The notes under the pieces: generated by a model | The model's database searches: none | Seen by the model: only the letters and a program-made list of their open reading frames with translations | Told to the model about the DNA's origin: nothing | Made by a program: the position numbers and the translations under genes | Shown: one piece after another, positions 9,527 through 19,101 of the stretch | Layout: each line of letters begins with the position of its first letter | Numbering within the stretch: the stretch's first letter is position 1 | Assembly (NCBI GenBank): GCA_033762255.1 | Contig: JANRLT010000009.1 | Coordinates: 410-64,409, forward strand | Direction: 5' to 3' | DNA: 64,000 bases | From: Pirellulales bacterium | GTDB lineage: Bacteria > Planctomycetota > Planctomycetia > Pirellulales > JALHPA01

Positions 9527-11617
9527 CTAAAAAGCCGTTCTGCCCTGCATGGAGCTGGGTTTATCCAGGCCAAATTTTGCCAGGATGGAGGGAGCAATAT
9601 CAATCAACGAGGGATTGTTAATTGTCAACGGCCGGTTGCAGCACAGCAGTCCGGGGACTTCATCGGCGTCGCAACAGTGGTCCGCGCTCCAGGCGGCGGT
9701 GTTATCCAACAGCACATCCTCGGTCAGGTCCCCCAGACAGGTTTCCCAGCTCGCGCGGTACCCCCGCGCGTAACCCACGATCAGGTCGGGCGCGAGCGCT
9801 GTGGCGGACCCATGGTAAATTTTTTCGGCGCGGTAAACCTGGCGAATCACCGGCTGATCGTCAAAGTCGCGCACGGCGAGCAGTTTTTCGCATAGTTCTT
9901 CCAGGAGAAGCGCGCGTTGTTCCCCGGGTTCGACAATGCCGTCCCGTTCACGTCCCTTAAGGTTTAGGTACAAGCCGTTGATCCCCAGGCCATAGGCGAC
10001 GGTTTGAGACCAGTCAACATCATGCATGATGGATGTGCAGGTGGTCGGGCCTAGATAGCCATAATCCCGCAGCCAGGAATTCAGATTAAACTGCCGCCCA
10101 AAATTGGCAAAGCCATGATCGCTCATGACGATTAACGTCGCTCGGTCGCCGTAATTGTCATACAATTCGCCGATCACCTGATCCAGTCGCTGGTACAGTC
10201 GGCGAATGTACTGAAATTTTTGCCGCGCGGCGGCGGCGTCGCGAATGGGATGCGGATCATCGCTATCCCACCAGAACATATGCGACTGCAAATCGCTGCT
10301 GGAAAAATAAAAAAACAACAGCCCGTCGTCATAGTCTGCCACGGCCCGTTCCAATAGCGCCAACCGTTCCTCCAGGACCAGATTTGCCTGCCGCTGGTAC
10401 TCATCATCGTCAAAAATGCCATTAGTGCGGGCCTTGTGGTCCTCTTGGAAGCCGGTCGTATAAAACAGGCCCAGATCGTTGGCCAAATCCCCCACAAATG
10501 ACGCCGGTTCGGACAAAGTCACCGCGGGAGCCGTGGGATCGATATTAATAGGCGTGGCGTACAGTCGAAAATTGGGCGCGGCTTCTTGCAAATAAAACCG
10601 CACGATCCCGCTGACGGATTGCGCCGGTAGGGGAGCCGGGGCGCTCAGCAAAAACGGCACCCGCACCCACGCGCTCCATTCCCCGGGTTTAAGCAGGATT
10701 CGCTTTTCGCCAATTTCCAAGACAACCGCATTTGCCGCGCGATCGCGATGGATTTTTATGGGCGCGGTTACCGGCTGGGGTTTTAAGAGCATGCTGTTCG
10801 TCGGTCCGATCAACTGCACCAGCGCGGTCTCATTGTCAAATTCCACCCGCGCGCGGTTTCCTCCCCCCTCGGACACCCCCTCGGCGGGCGTGTCTTGGCT
10901 AAAATATTGGTACGTGCCATAACTCCCCTGCATGTCGGGCGTCCCCATGCCGCTAAGGCAACGATGATGCCCATAGACCGACGGGCTGGGGGGGTAATTT
11001 GACGGCAAATCATAAAACGTGCTAGGAATCCCCGCCGCGTCCAAAAAATCCCAAAATGGCGTCCCCTGCCGCCGCAGCACGGTGCTGGGGGGCTGATGCT
11101 GAAACGGCCAAAAATCCAACTGGAGTTGGTGGTCCCCGATGGTCCATCCCCCCTGCCCTGGCATGGTTTCCGCACCGGAGTAAAAGGTTTTACACTGCTC
11201 CTCGGGATGTCGATGGACAAAGTCGAATAACCCATGCGAGCCAGGCCCCGCGCCATTAATAAAGCTGGCCCAGGCGACCGGGCTTTGCGGGGGGATGCTA
11301 GTGGCGAGGGGAGAAAACCCCCCCGCTCGGGACATTTTTTGCAGGTTTGGCAGTTCCCCCGCGGACATCATTTGCCGACTCAAGCGGGGGTCCATGCCAT
11401 CGATGCCGATGACGATTACTTTTTGACCGGCGCTTTTTGAGATGCGATTGATGCCGCCACCATAATACGCGGTGCCCGCCAGGGCGGTGAGTAACCCCGC
11501 CGTCGCGGTCCCGGTGAGTAATTGGCGTCGGGTTAACCCTCGTCTATTACGGTTCGGTGCGGGAGTTGGCCTGTGGCTTGGGCCATTTTCCTGCAATAGG
11601 GGTTTGTGGTTTGTCAT
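9527..11617 (-). CDS. Alkaline-phosphatase-superfamily enzyme (type I phosphodiesterase / nucleotide pyrophosphatase-like) with a Tat signal
   Basis: Twin-arginine signal RRGLTRRQLLTGTATAGLL. Core motifs VIVIGIDGMD, LIVMSDHGF and AWSADHC. Confidence 0.8.
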   Translation of the reverse strand: MTNHKPLLQENGPSHRPTPAPNRNRRGLTRRQLLTGTATAGLLTALAGTAYYGGGINRISKSAGQKVIVIGIDGMDPRLSRQMMSAGELPNLQKMSRAGGFSPLATSIPPQSPVAWASFINGAGPGSHGLFDFVHRHPEEQCKTFYSGAETMPGQGGWTIGDHQLQLDFWPFQHQPPSTVLRRQGTPFWDFLDAAGIPSTFYDLPSNYPPSPSVYGHHRCLSGMGTPDMQGSYGTYQYFSQDTPAEGVSEGGGNRARVEFDNETALVQLIGPTNSMLLKPQPVTAPIKIHRDRAANAVVLEIGEKRILLKPGEWSAWVRVPFLLSAPAPLPAQSVSGIVRFYLQEAAPNFRLYATPINIDPTAPAVTLSEPASFVGDLANDLGLFYTTGFQEDHKARTNGIFDDDEYQRQANLVLEERLALLERAVADYDDGLLFFYFSSSDLQSHMFWWDSDDPHPIRDAAAARQKFQYIRRLYQRLDQVIGELYDNYGDRATLIVMSDHGFANFGRQFNLNSWLRDYGYLGPTTCTSIMHDVDWSQTVAYGLGINGLYLNLKGRERDGIVEPGEQRALLLEELCEKLLAVRDFDDQPVIRQVYRAEKIYHGSATALAPDLIVGYARGYRASWETCLGDLTEDVLLDNTAAWSADHCCDADEVPGLLCCNRPLTINNPSLIDIAPSILAKFGLDKPSSMQGRTAF

Positions 11618-13788
11618 GCGCGCACCGGCGAGTTGGGAACAGTCCCCTGGGACGGGGTGGATTGGGATTTTGTCACGGGGGAGGGCTTGCCCAAGGAGAG
11701 GATTTTGCCATCCATGTAGTCAGGCTGGGGAATGCCGAACAAATTGAGCACGGTGGGGGCGATATCTAGTAGCCGCGGATTTTCCGTCGTGATTGCCCGA
11801 TTACAAAACAAGATTCCGGGGACCACGCTGGGATCGACACAATGGTCGCCGCTCCAAGCCTTGAGATTGTCATGAAAGAGACTGGTGGAGGTTTTTCCCA
11901 CCGCCGCGTCCCAAGAGACCCGATACCCCCGCTCATAACCGACGATCAGGTCTGGCGCTTGTTCCTTATAGGGACCGCGATACGCCAGCGGCGACTGATA
12001 GACTTTCTTGATAGGTGGTTGGCCCGTTTGGGGATCGATCAGTTTGGCCAGCTTGGCGGCTATTTCCGCGCGCAACGCGGCGGCTGTTTCTCCCGCGGGA
12101 ACGATTCCCTGGGCGAACTTTCCCGCCTCATTAATAAATATTCCCGTCAGGCCAATCGCAAACGCGCGGGTCCGCGACCAATCGACCCCACCTAGATATT
12201 GCTGGTTACGTTCCTCAGGCCGGACCACCAAATAGCCCTGTTCCTCTAGCCAGCGATTGAGGTCAATCCCCCGTCGAAACGTATTAAATCCATGATCCGA
12301 CAGGACCATGAGCAAGGTTCCCGGATCGCGGCAACGCTCCATCGTCCGTCCCACAAGCGCGTCCATCCGCTGGTATAATTCGGTAATGGCCTGAGTGTGT
12401 TCGGGGGGAAATTCCGCCGGGCGCGCGGGATGATCGGGGTCTTGGTAACGCCAAAACATATGTTGCATCCTGTCGGTCCCGTCAAATACACAGACGCAAA
12501 AACCCCGGCGAACTTTATCCAACCCGTCAAAGAACATCGACTCTCGTTCTCGGTCGATATCCTGGCATTGACGGGCAAACTGGGCGTCATCCAACACTTC
12601 TTCGCTCAGTCCCCAGGTATCTTCCGCCAAGCCCAGCGTGGCGTACGGGCCTTGGTTTTTTGCCAGATAAATCGGATAGACCGCCGGATATCCCAGGGGG
12701 AGTACGGGGTTTTCGGGGTCGATGTTGATGGGCGTGGCATACAAATCAAATTCCGGGGTGGTATTTAACAGCATGAACCGGCAGATGCCCGTCACGCCCC
12801 TTCCCCAGCCCAACGAAAATCGGACTTGCACCCACGGGGTGTATTCGTTTGGTCGCAAATGATAAGTGGCACCGTTGATTTTGAGCGTGGCCGTGCCATC
12901 GCCGGGTAGAAACACCTCAAAAGGAGCGGTTAATGGTCCTCGGGTTGGCTGAGTGGGATGCGGCGGGCCGAGGAGCACATCACGGATTCGGATTTGGCCC
13001 CCTGGCAGTTCTTGACGGGTGACGACGCGCACGTCGCCGCCGGTTTTTTCCGCCACCCGCGCGGCGTTGGTTGTATAGTGCGAAAAAGTCCCCTGGGTCC
13101 CGCGTAAATCCGGAACGCACATGGCTGATAGCTGAATGCCATGCAGCTTTTCCGGCGGAAAAGTGATTGGTACGCGGATCACACAATTGAAGATGTTATA
13201 TTCGCTCAGCAAACTCCAAAAAGGTTTGCTTTTGCGCAGCATCCTAATATCAGGCCGACCGCCAAATTTCCACGGGCCAATCCGCCAGGCGCGCTGCGCG
13301 GGGCGAATCTCGACCGAACTTAGCTTTGGCTGGTACGTTTGCAAATCCGGCGTCAGAAAGTCAAATATGTTATGCTTGCCCGGATTTACCCCGGTCTGAA
13401 ATGTTGACCAGGCGACGGGGGAGATCGGGGGCAAGGTGGACCCCAGCGAACTAAAACTTCCCTGAGCGCGCAACTTGGCCAGATGAGGCAGCTTCCCCGC
13501 GTCCAGCAACTGGCAGGTAAGGCCATAATCCAGACCATCCAGGCCCAAGATCACCACGCGCTCCACCTGGGGCGGGAACGGGGGACTTTTTCGCCAAAAG
13601 ATGCGCCACAACATGCGCACCGGCCAAACCAATAGCATCACCATTGCCGAGAAAATCGCAGCAAATACCGCCAAGAACGACCCCGCCAGGGCAAATCCCG
13701 CCCCGGGGCCTATATACGCCCAAGCGGGCTGGGGAAAAGCCAAACCGCAGGCGCAAATAATCGTGAATAAGATAAAAATTCGTCGCAT
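11614..13788 (-). CDS. Alkaline-phosphatase-superfamily paralogue (phosphodiesterase/NPP-like), N-terminally membrane-anchored
   Basis: Motifs VVILGLDGLD, LMVLSDHGF and AWSGDHC align with the downstream paralogue. The N-terminus reads YIGPGAGFALAGSFLAVFAAIF. ATG at 13788 (GTG alternative at 13809). Its stop overlaps the next gene's start as ATGA at 11614-11617. Confidence 0.8.
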   Translation of the reverse strand: MRRIFILFTIICACGLAFPQPAWAYIGPGAGFALAGSFLAVFAAIFSAMVMLLVWPVRMLWRIFWRKSPPFPPQVERVVILGLDGLDYGLTCQLLDAGKLPHLAKLRAQGSFSSLGSTLPPISPVAWSTFQTGVNPGKHNIFDFLTPDLQTYQPKLSSVEIRPAQRAWRIGPWKFGGRPDIRMLRKSKPFWSLLSEYNIFNCVIRVPITFPPEKLHGIQLSAMCVPDLRGTQGTFSHYTTNAARVAEKTGGDVRVVTRQELPGGQIRIRDVLLGPPHPTQPTRGPLTAPFEVFLPGDGTATLKINGATYHLRPNEYTPWVQVRFSLGWGRGVTGICRFMLLNTTPEFDLYATPINIDPENPVLPLGYPAVYPIYLAKNQGPYATLGLAEDTWGLSEEVLDDAQFARQCQDIDRERESMFFDGLDKVRRGFCVCVFDGTDRMQHMFWRYQDPDHPARPAEFPPEHTQAITELYQRMDALVGRTMERCRDPGTLLMVLSDHGFNTFRRGIDLNRWLEEQGYLVVRPEERNQQYLGGVDWSRTRAFAIGLTGIFINEAGKFAQGIVPAGETAAALRAEIAAKLAKLIDPQTGQPPIKKVYQSPLAYRGPYKEQAPDLIVGYERGYRVSWDAAVGKTSTSLFHDNLKAWSGDHCVDPSVVPGILFCNRAITTENPRLLDIAPTVLNLFGIPQPDYMDGKILSLGKPSPVTKSQSTPSQGTVPNSPVRA

Positions 13789-13865
13789 GGCACAAAAACC
13801 GTGAGGCACTTTTTTTTGATTGATGAAGTCGTGGCTGGCTTTAATACAGATAGTGCAAATAACAG

Positions 13866-13908
13866 TGAAAAAAGTTTCCGCAGAGAATCGGCGGTCTTCT
13901 CTGCGGAA
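13866..13908 (-). terminator. Rho-independent terminator after the ASST-like gene
   Basis: Perfect 12-bp stem TTCCGCAGAGAA / TTCTCTGCGGAA (13876-13887 / 13897-13908) with a 9-nt loop. On the minus strand it is followed by a run of six T (13868-13873). Confidence 0.7.
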
Positions 13909-13997
13909 TGGCCCTGCGCCTGATTGCTGGGTGCCAGGGTGGGATTGCCATTGCTGGCAAAATCGATGTGCAACAACTTGATGTGTGCTTTAGTGTG

Positions 13998-16541
13998 TTA
14001 ATTCGATTTAGGGGATGGTTGCTCCGGTGTGGTTGTGTCGGCCGCCGGTTCTGTTTTTGGCGCTGGGGGAGATTGGGGCGGCTTTTCACGAGCCATGTCT
14101 TCCAACTTTTTGCCCGGTTGCAGGTCTTTGCCCGCAAAACCCGGAAAGGTGTCGGCATATCGAACAGCGCGAAATAGCGAACTTCCCGGACCGCTGCCAA
14201 ATCCGCCGGGGCCTCCGGGTCCCCCGCGCCCCCGCGGTCCGCGTCGACCCTTGCCCGAGTTGTCGGCGGGATTAATGCCCGGGCCTGGCGGACCGTCAGG
14301 CCCCGGTTGTCCGTCTGGTCCGTCAAATCCCGGGGGACCGCCAAAGAATGGGGGTGGGCCACCGCCCCCCTCCGGAGGACCAAAACCAGGGGGGCCAAAC
14401 CCCGGAGGCCCGCCTGGGCCGGGTCCGCCAGGTCCAGGCCCGCCCGGGCCAAAATTTTTCATTTCGCTCAGTTGCTCGTTTTGCTCGGCGGTCAAGATTT
14501 TGGCCAGTTGGGTATCGCTTGCGGTTTGCAATTTATCAATGGTCTGTTGTTGATCGGGCGATAGTTTGAGCTCTTCCCGTAGGTCGTCCGACAGTAGCTC
14601 TCCTGGCGCGGGGAGTCTCCGAAAGTCAAAACCGGCTGGCTCCGCCAACGATTTTTTTTGCTCATCGGTAAAGAGCTTTTCTAGTTGGGCGATGTTGGAT
14701 TCATTCAGGTTTTTAATTTCTTCCCGTTGCTTATCGTCTAACTGCAATATATTGGCAAAGAAGTCGGGAAAGACGGTTCCTACTGGCGGAGGTCCAAAGC
14801 CTCCCGGTCCCCCGGGGGGACCAAAACCACCGGGACCCCCCGGTCCTCCGGGTCCGCCGCTCCCTTTAACAGGATTGACATATTTCCAGACGGTTTTGTT
14901 ATCGGAGGTGACTTCAAAGACGATTCCCGACATCCCCGAACAAATCAGGGTATTTCCATTTGGGAGGCGCTGAGCGCCGGATATTAGCATTGAGAAAAAT
15001 TCATTCTTAGTCGGCGCGATGTACGTCCATTCGGCTTTGCCGGGACCTTTGCCATAGGTGCCATCGGGCTTGAGTGGAGGAATAATTTCGTCCACGGTGG
15101 AGTAGCTGCCATCGCGACGGCCACCCCCATTATTAAAGATCAAAATGTGATCCTCACCAGGCAATCCCTTGGGAATCCAGTGCGCGTTGTGTTGGCCATA
15201 GAGGCGTTGTTCCACATTGCTGCCACTACGATAAGCGCGGGGGTTGCCCCAGCGATAAAGCAGGTCCCCTCCCCTGCCCCGTTTGCCCCCCGTGTGGCTG
15301 GCGGCTTCGGCGGTGGTGGTGCCGTGGTCGATAATCCAAATCTCGTGAAAAGAGTGCACGCTCACCACGATTTGGTCCAGTTCGGCGTTGTAGGCGACGG
15401 AATTAATATGGGTCCAATCGGTATTGGGGCCCATCATCCCCCCGCGTCTACCGGGACCACGCCCATCGGGAGCGCCATTGTCGGCAGAACCGGTTTGAAG
15501 GGGGATTTGTTTTCCGTCCCCGTCGACTTGTGGCGGTGCTTCCGGAGCATTTTTTTGATCGGGCGTGTCGGACTGACGATCGGCGGGTTGATTTGCGGCG
15601 GGTTGACTGTCGGCGGGTTGACTGTCGGCGGGAGTGCTGGGCCCACCCAAATAACCGATGGAGCGTAGCTTATCCGCGTCATCCTTGCGGGCGGTCATCC
15701 GGTTGAATTCCCGATCTCCGTAGTTGATGTCGATCAATTCGGGATGGGCCGCGACCCGGCCGTAACCTGGTTTGGCCTTATCAGTATCCTGGACCAAATG
15801 GTCCCAGACATTCCATTGCCACACAATTTCACCGGTGGTGGGACCGGTGGGTTTGATTTCGATGATTGAATCCGACATGAGCGCGTCCCCTAGTCCCTCG
15901 GGACGACGACCCGCGGCGATCGCCTCGGCCTTGGATTTTTTGTCCCAGACCACCAGCAGGACGTTGCCATTGGGCAAAGGGCAAATATCATGGTGTGGCA
16001 ATTGCTTTTCGTTGGCCAGCTTAAAATCCCATACCAGGTTGCCTTGCCAGTCGTATTCTTGCACTTTGCCCCCCGCGCCGGGTCCACCCATGGTTTGTTC
16101 TTTTTGGGGTAAAGCGCCCGCCCGCAAGAGATGCCCGTTCTCTAGCAAATATGCGCTGAGCGCGGGGTTGCAACCGCACTCCCACTCATTAACGATGCGT
16201 CCCTCATTGTCGATGAGATACGTCTTGGTGGAGGTCATCGGCGCTAATAGCGTATAGCCGGGCTGGGCGGCGCTGGAGTTGAGCAAGAGTCCCGCCGCTT
16301 GTGGGGCGGATTTGGGTTGATCATTCGTGTTTTTTTTTATTTCCGCTGTATCCTGGGAGGGGGCGTCCGCGGTGGGTTTTTCCGGTTTATCATTTGCGGC
16401 GGTCGCGGTGGGGGTGTCGCTGGCGGGGGACGGTTCGGCGGCAAATCCAGGAATTTGTGACAGTGCTGTTAACTGTGCAATTCCCACCAAAAACACCAAC
16501 GCCAGCGGAATGAATCTCACGCCCCCACTCCAGCAATGCAT
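13998..16541 (-). CDS. Secreted arylsulfotransferase (ASST)-like beta-propeller protein with a 227-aa Gly/Pro-rich, LTxxQ-containing insertion
   Basis: ASST-type motifs YTLLAPMTSTKTYLIDNEGRIV, HHDICPLPNGNVLLVVWD, WTHINSVAY, YGQHNAHWIP and LPNGNTLICSG. Signal peptide from the ATG at 16541 (MHCWSGGVRFIPLALVFLVGIA); the track's longer ORF is an extension. Confidence 0.8.
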   Translation of the reverse strand: MHCWSGGVRFIPLALVFLVGIAQLTALSQIPGFAAEPSPASDTPTATAANDKPEKPTADAPSQDTAEIKKNTNDQPKSAPQAAGLLLNSSAAQPGYTLLAPMTSTKTYLIDNEGRIVNEWECGCNPALSAYLLENGHLLRAGALPQKEQTMGGPGAGGKVQEYDWQGNLVWDFKLANEKQLPHHDICPLPNGNVLLVVWDKKSKAEAIAAGRRPEGLGDALMSDSIIEIKPTGPTTGEIVWQWNVWDHLVQDTDKAKPGYGRVAAHPELIDINYGDREFNRMTARKDDADKLRSIGYLGGPSTPADSQPADSQPAANQPADRQSDTPDQKNAPEAPPQVDGDGKQIPLQTGSADNGAPDGRGPGRRGGMMGPNTDWTHINSVAYNAELDQIVVSVHSFHEIWIIDHGTTTAEAASHTGGKRGRGGDLLYRWGNPRAYRSGSNVEQRLYGQHNAHWIPKGLPGEDHILIFNNGGGRRDGSYSTVDEIIPPLKPDGTYGKGPGKAEWTYIAPTKNEFFSMLISGAQRLPNGNTLICSGMSGIVFEVTSDNKTVWKYVNPVKGSGGPGGPGGPGGFGPPGGPGGFGPPPVGTVFPDFFANILQLDDKQREEIKNLNESNIAQLEKLFTDEQKKSLAEPAGFDFRRLPAPGELLSDDLREELKLSPDQQQTIDKLQTASDTQLAKILTAEQNEQLSEMKNFGPGGPGPGGPGPGGPPGFGPPGFGPPEGGGGPPPFFGGPPGFDGPDGQPGPDGPPGPGINPADNSGKGRRGPRGRGGPGGPGGFGSGPGSSLFRAVRYADTFPGFAGKDLQPGKKLEDMAREKPPQSPPAPKTEPAADTTTPEQPSPKSN

Positions 16542-16761
16542 CCGCTGGCTCCGTGTGCCGCGCGATAAATAAATCGAATCGTGCATAAATCGAGTGTGTA
16601 TTGAAAGAAAAAAGATAGGAGGGGAGAAAACTCGCCGCCTAAGGCGATCCCTAGCTGGTTCAGATGCGACGCATGGTCGAAAGAAGCGCGATCTTTTGAT
16701 CAATCCGTGAATTATCTTGAAAAAAATACCGGACAGGGGATGTTCATTCCCAAACTGACGC

Positions 16762-19101
16762 CTACCAAGGGGGCTTTTTGCCTCTGGGGGGAACAAATGG
16801 CGGACCCATGTGTTCGATTTTTCCTCGAAATTCTGGTCCGGTAAGGGATTGCCACATTGTCAGTTGCCGCGGTTCAAGGACCGCTAAAATGCTGGCCATT
16901 AGTTTTTGATGTTGCTCCGCGTCGGGGGGGGGCGGAGGTCGCTGGTGATCGCGGGGGGCCTCGGCAAATCGCCTAAAAAAAGCTTCCTCATCGATCGTCC
17001 GGATTTCTTCCCGCTGGGCCGGACTGAGCTGAAGCGCGGCGACAACCTCGGGATCGCGAAATGCCCGTGGACCTTCGGCCTGCAGGGCAATTTGCGACAA
17101 CCGCAACCGCTGGTCGGCGGTCAAAATGATGCGCAATTGAGTCTGGCCCTTCAGGACATGTTCCAGCAACCATTCGCGACGCTGGGCGTGGGATTTTTCA
17201 ACTAATTCAAAAAAACCTGTTTGGATCTCGGCTTCAATTTGTTGGATGAGGGATAATATTTCCGCTTTTTGGGTGGCGGTAAGTCCCAAATCATTCTGAA
17301 CGGTTTCTTGCCGGAGCAGCAATACCTGGCTCGCATCGCGCAAAATTCCCAATTCACGCAGCATTTTCTCGACGCGGGCTTTTGTCGCTTGTAGCTCCGC
17401 CTGCGCCTCCGGGTCATCGCGGCGTTGCTCGATAAACTCTTGATAGTAACCCAAGACCGAAAGCAGCAGCCGTTTGCGCAAGAGTTCCATTCCAGGCCGG
17501 TCGGAAAGTTCCTCCTCGCTGACTTGAAACAACTCGTTGACTGAACGTTGGGCCAGGGATAGGCGGGCTTCCGCCTCTTGCGCGCGTTGCTGCTCTCGCT
17601 GGAGGGCCGCCTTTGCGATGTTGCGCTCGATCAGGGTGTTATCTTTTTCATGATTGATCAGGGCCGCGGCGACCAAGGAACCTATCGCCAGCAGTAGCAG
17701 CAGCCAGCAACCCGCCAGCAACGCCGTCGGATGCCGCCGTATCCATTTTTTTGTCCAATCCAGGATGGTGGGGGGCTGGGCCAGAATAGGTTTATGATCC
17801 AGATAGCGCCTTAAATCTCCGGCAAAATCAGCCGCGCTGGAATAGCGCTCCTCCGGGTTTTTGCTGACGGACTTGAGGATGATCGTTTCCAATTCGACGG
17901 GTATGCGGGGGTCAAGCTGGCGTAAGGGACGCGGTTCGCTATTTAATATTTCCGCCAATAATAGCTGCATGTTTTGGGCGGAAAATATTGGCCGTAATGT
18001 TAACAGTTCGTAAAATGTGGCCCCCAGCGAATAGACATCCGTCCGCGGATCGAGCAAGGCCTGCCCTCCCGAGGCCTGCTCGGGACTCATGTAGCGCAAC
18101 GTGCCCAAAATGTCCCCGGTGCGCGTCAATCCCATGTCGCTTTGAAACTGGGCCAAGCCAAAATCGGTAATCCACAAATTTCCCCGGGCATCCAGCAGCA
18201 AATTTGCCGGTTTGATATCGCGATGGATGATTCCCATGCCATGCGCGTAGTAGAGCGCTTCGGCGGCTTGCAGCATTAACCGTGTGACGGCGCGATGATA
18301 TTCCCCCTTGGCCGTGGAATGTTGGGTTGACAACTGCTGTTGAAAGGACTGGGTGCTATCCGCGCGGTCCGGCTGGTTCGGGCGGGTTGGTGATTCAGCG
18401 GGTAGGGGCCGCGGTTTTTCCGCTTCGCCAGAGAACACAGCGGTAGAGGCGTTGGTAGCGGCTTGGGACGCACTGGGCGGACTTTGCAAGCCTGCTCGCT
18501 GCTGCATCTGCCGGATGAGAGTCCCCAGGGAGTCCCCTTCAATCAGTTGCATCGCATAAAAATGCACGCCCCGCTCGGTGCCGACCGCGTGTACCGGCAC
18601 GATATTGGTATGGTGCAAGATGGCCGCCGCCTGGGCTTCATTTTTAAAACGCTGCAATTGTCTGGTGTCCAAGGTGGCGGCAAAAGGCAGCACCTTTAAT
18701 GCCACCAGCCGCTGTAACGACAATTGTTCGGCTTCATACACCACACCCATCCCCCCCCGGCCAATCTCGCGCAAGAGGCGAAAATCCCCCAGTTGCCCCA
18801 ATTCCGGGTCGGCGGATTCGCGCCACGGGGAACGCGGTTGGGCGGGAAGTGGATTTAAGTTGACCCGCGATCCCGACAAGTGCGGGGGATCCGCGGCAAT
18901 TTGCCGCAAGGGGCTGGCGATGCGTTCGACATTTTCGTAATCGGCCAGGGCCGACGAGAGTTCCTCCCGCAGTTCCGGATACGCCGCCAACAGTTGGTCC
19001 CGGTCCGGGCTGCGTCCGGCCGCCAGATCATCCAGGTAATCCAGCAATATTTCATTGAGGCGGTCGTTGACATGCAAAGGTGAATTGGGCTGCTGATTCA
19101 T
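16762..19101 (-). CDS. Ser/Thr protein kinase with one TM helix and an extracytoplasmic coiled-coil / LTxxQ-motif tail
   Basis: GRGGMGVVYEA...ALKVL, HRDIKPANLLLD, DFGLA and YMSPEQ. TM helix LLAGCWLLLLLAIGSLVAAALI. Confidence 0.9.
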   Translation of the reverse strand: MNQQPNSPLHVNDRLNEILLDYLDDLAAGRSPDRDQLLAAYPELREELSSALADYENVERIASPLRQIAADPPHLSGSRVNLNPLPAQPRSPWRESADPELGQLGDFRLLREIGRGGMGVVYEAEQLSLQRLVALKVLPFAATLDTRQLQRFKNEAQAAAILHHTNIVPVHAVGTERGVHFYAMQLIEGDSLGTLIRQMQQRAGLQSPPSASQAATNASTAVFSGEAEKPRPLPAESPTRPNQPDRADSTQSFQQQLSTQHSTAKGEYHRAVTRLMLQAAEALYYAHGMGIIHRDIKPANLLLDARGNLWITDFGLAQFQSDMGLTRTGDILGTLRYMSPEQASGGQALLDPRTDVYSLGATFYELLTLRPIFSAQNMQLLLAEILNSEPRPLRQLDPRIPVELETIILKSVSKNPEERYSSAADFAGDLRRYLDHKPILAQPPTILDWTKKWIRRHPTALLAGCWLLLLLAIGSLVAAALINHEKDNTLIERNIAKAALQREQQRAQEAEARLSLAQRSVNELFQVSEEELSDRPGMELLRKRLLLSVLGYYQEFIEQRRDDPEAQAELQATKARVEKMLRELGILRDASQVLLLRQETVQNDLGLTATQKAEILSLIQQIEAEIQTGFFELVEKSHAQRREWLLEHVLKGQTQLRIILTADQRLRLSQIALQAEGPRAFRDPEVVAALQLSPAQREEIRTIDEEAFFRRFAEAPRDHQRPPPPPDAEQHQKLMASILAVLEPRQLTMWQSLTGPEFRGKIEHMGPPFVPPRGKKPPW

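Noticed and set aside
14184-14864. Collagen-like triple-helix interpretation of the GGPGGPGGPGGFGPP tracts
   Set aside because: Only about eight consecutive G-x-y triplets stay in register in the first tract, and the second tract loses register repeatedly. A flexible linker is the more conservative reading.
14029-14973. Plus-strand Pro/Gly-rich ORFs (14029-14553 and 14566-14973)
   Set aside because: They are reverse-complement read-through of the GGP/GPP tracts in the ASST-like gene insertion, not independent genes.
16542-16796. N-terminal 85-aa extension of the ASST-like ORF
   Set aside because: The extension has no protein-like features and overlaps the kinase stop. The ATG at 16541 gives a normal signal peptide.
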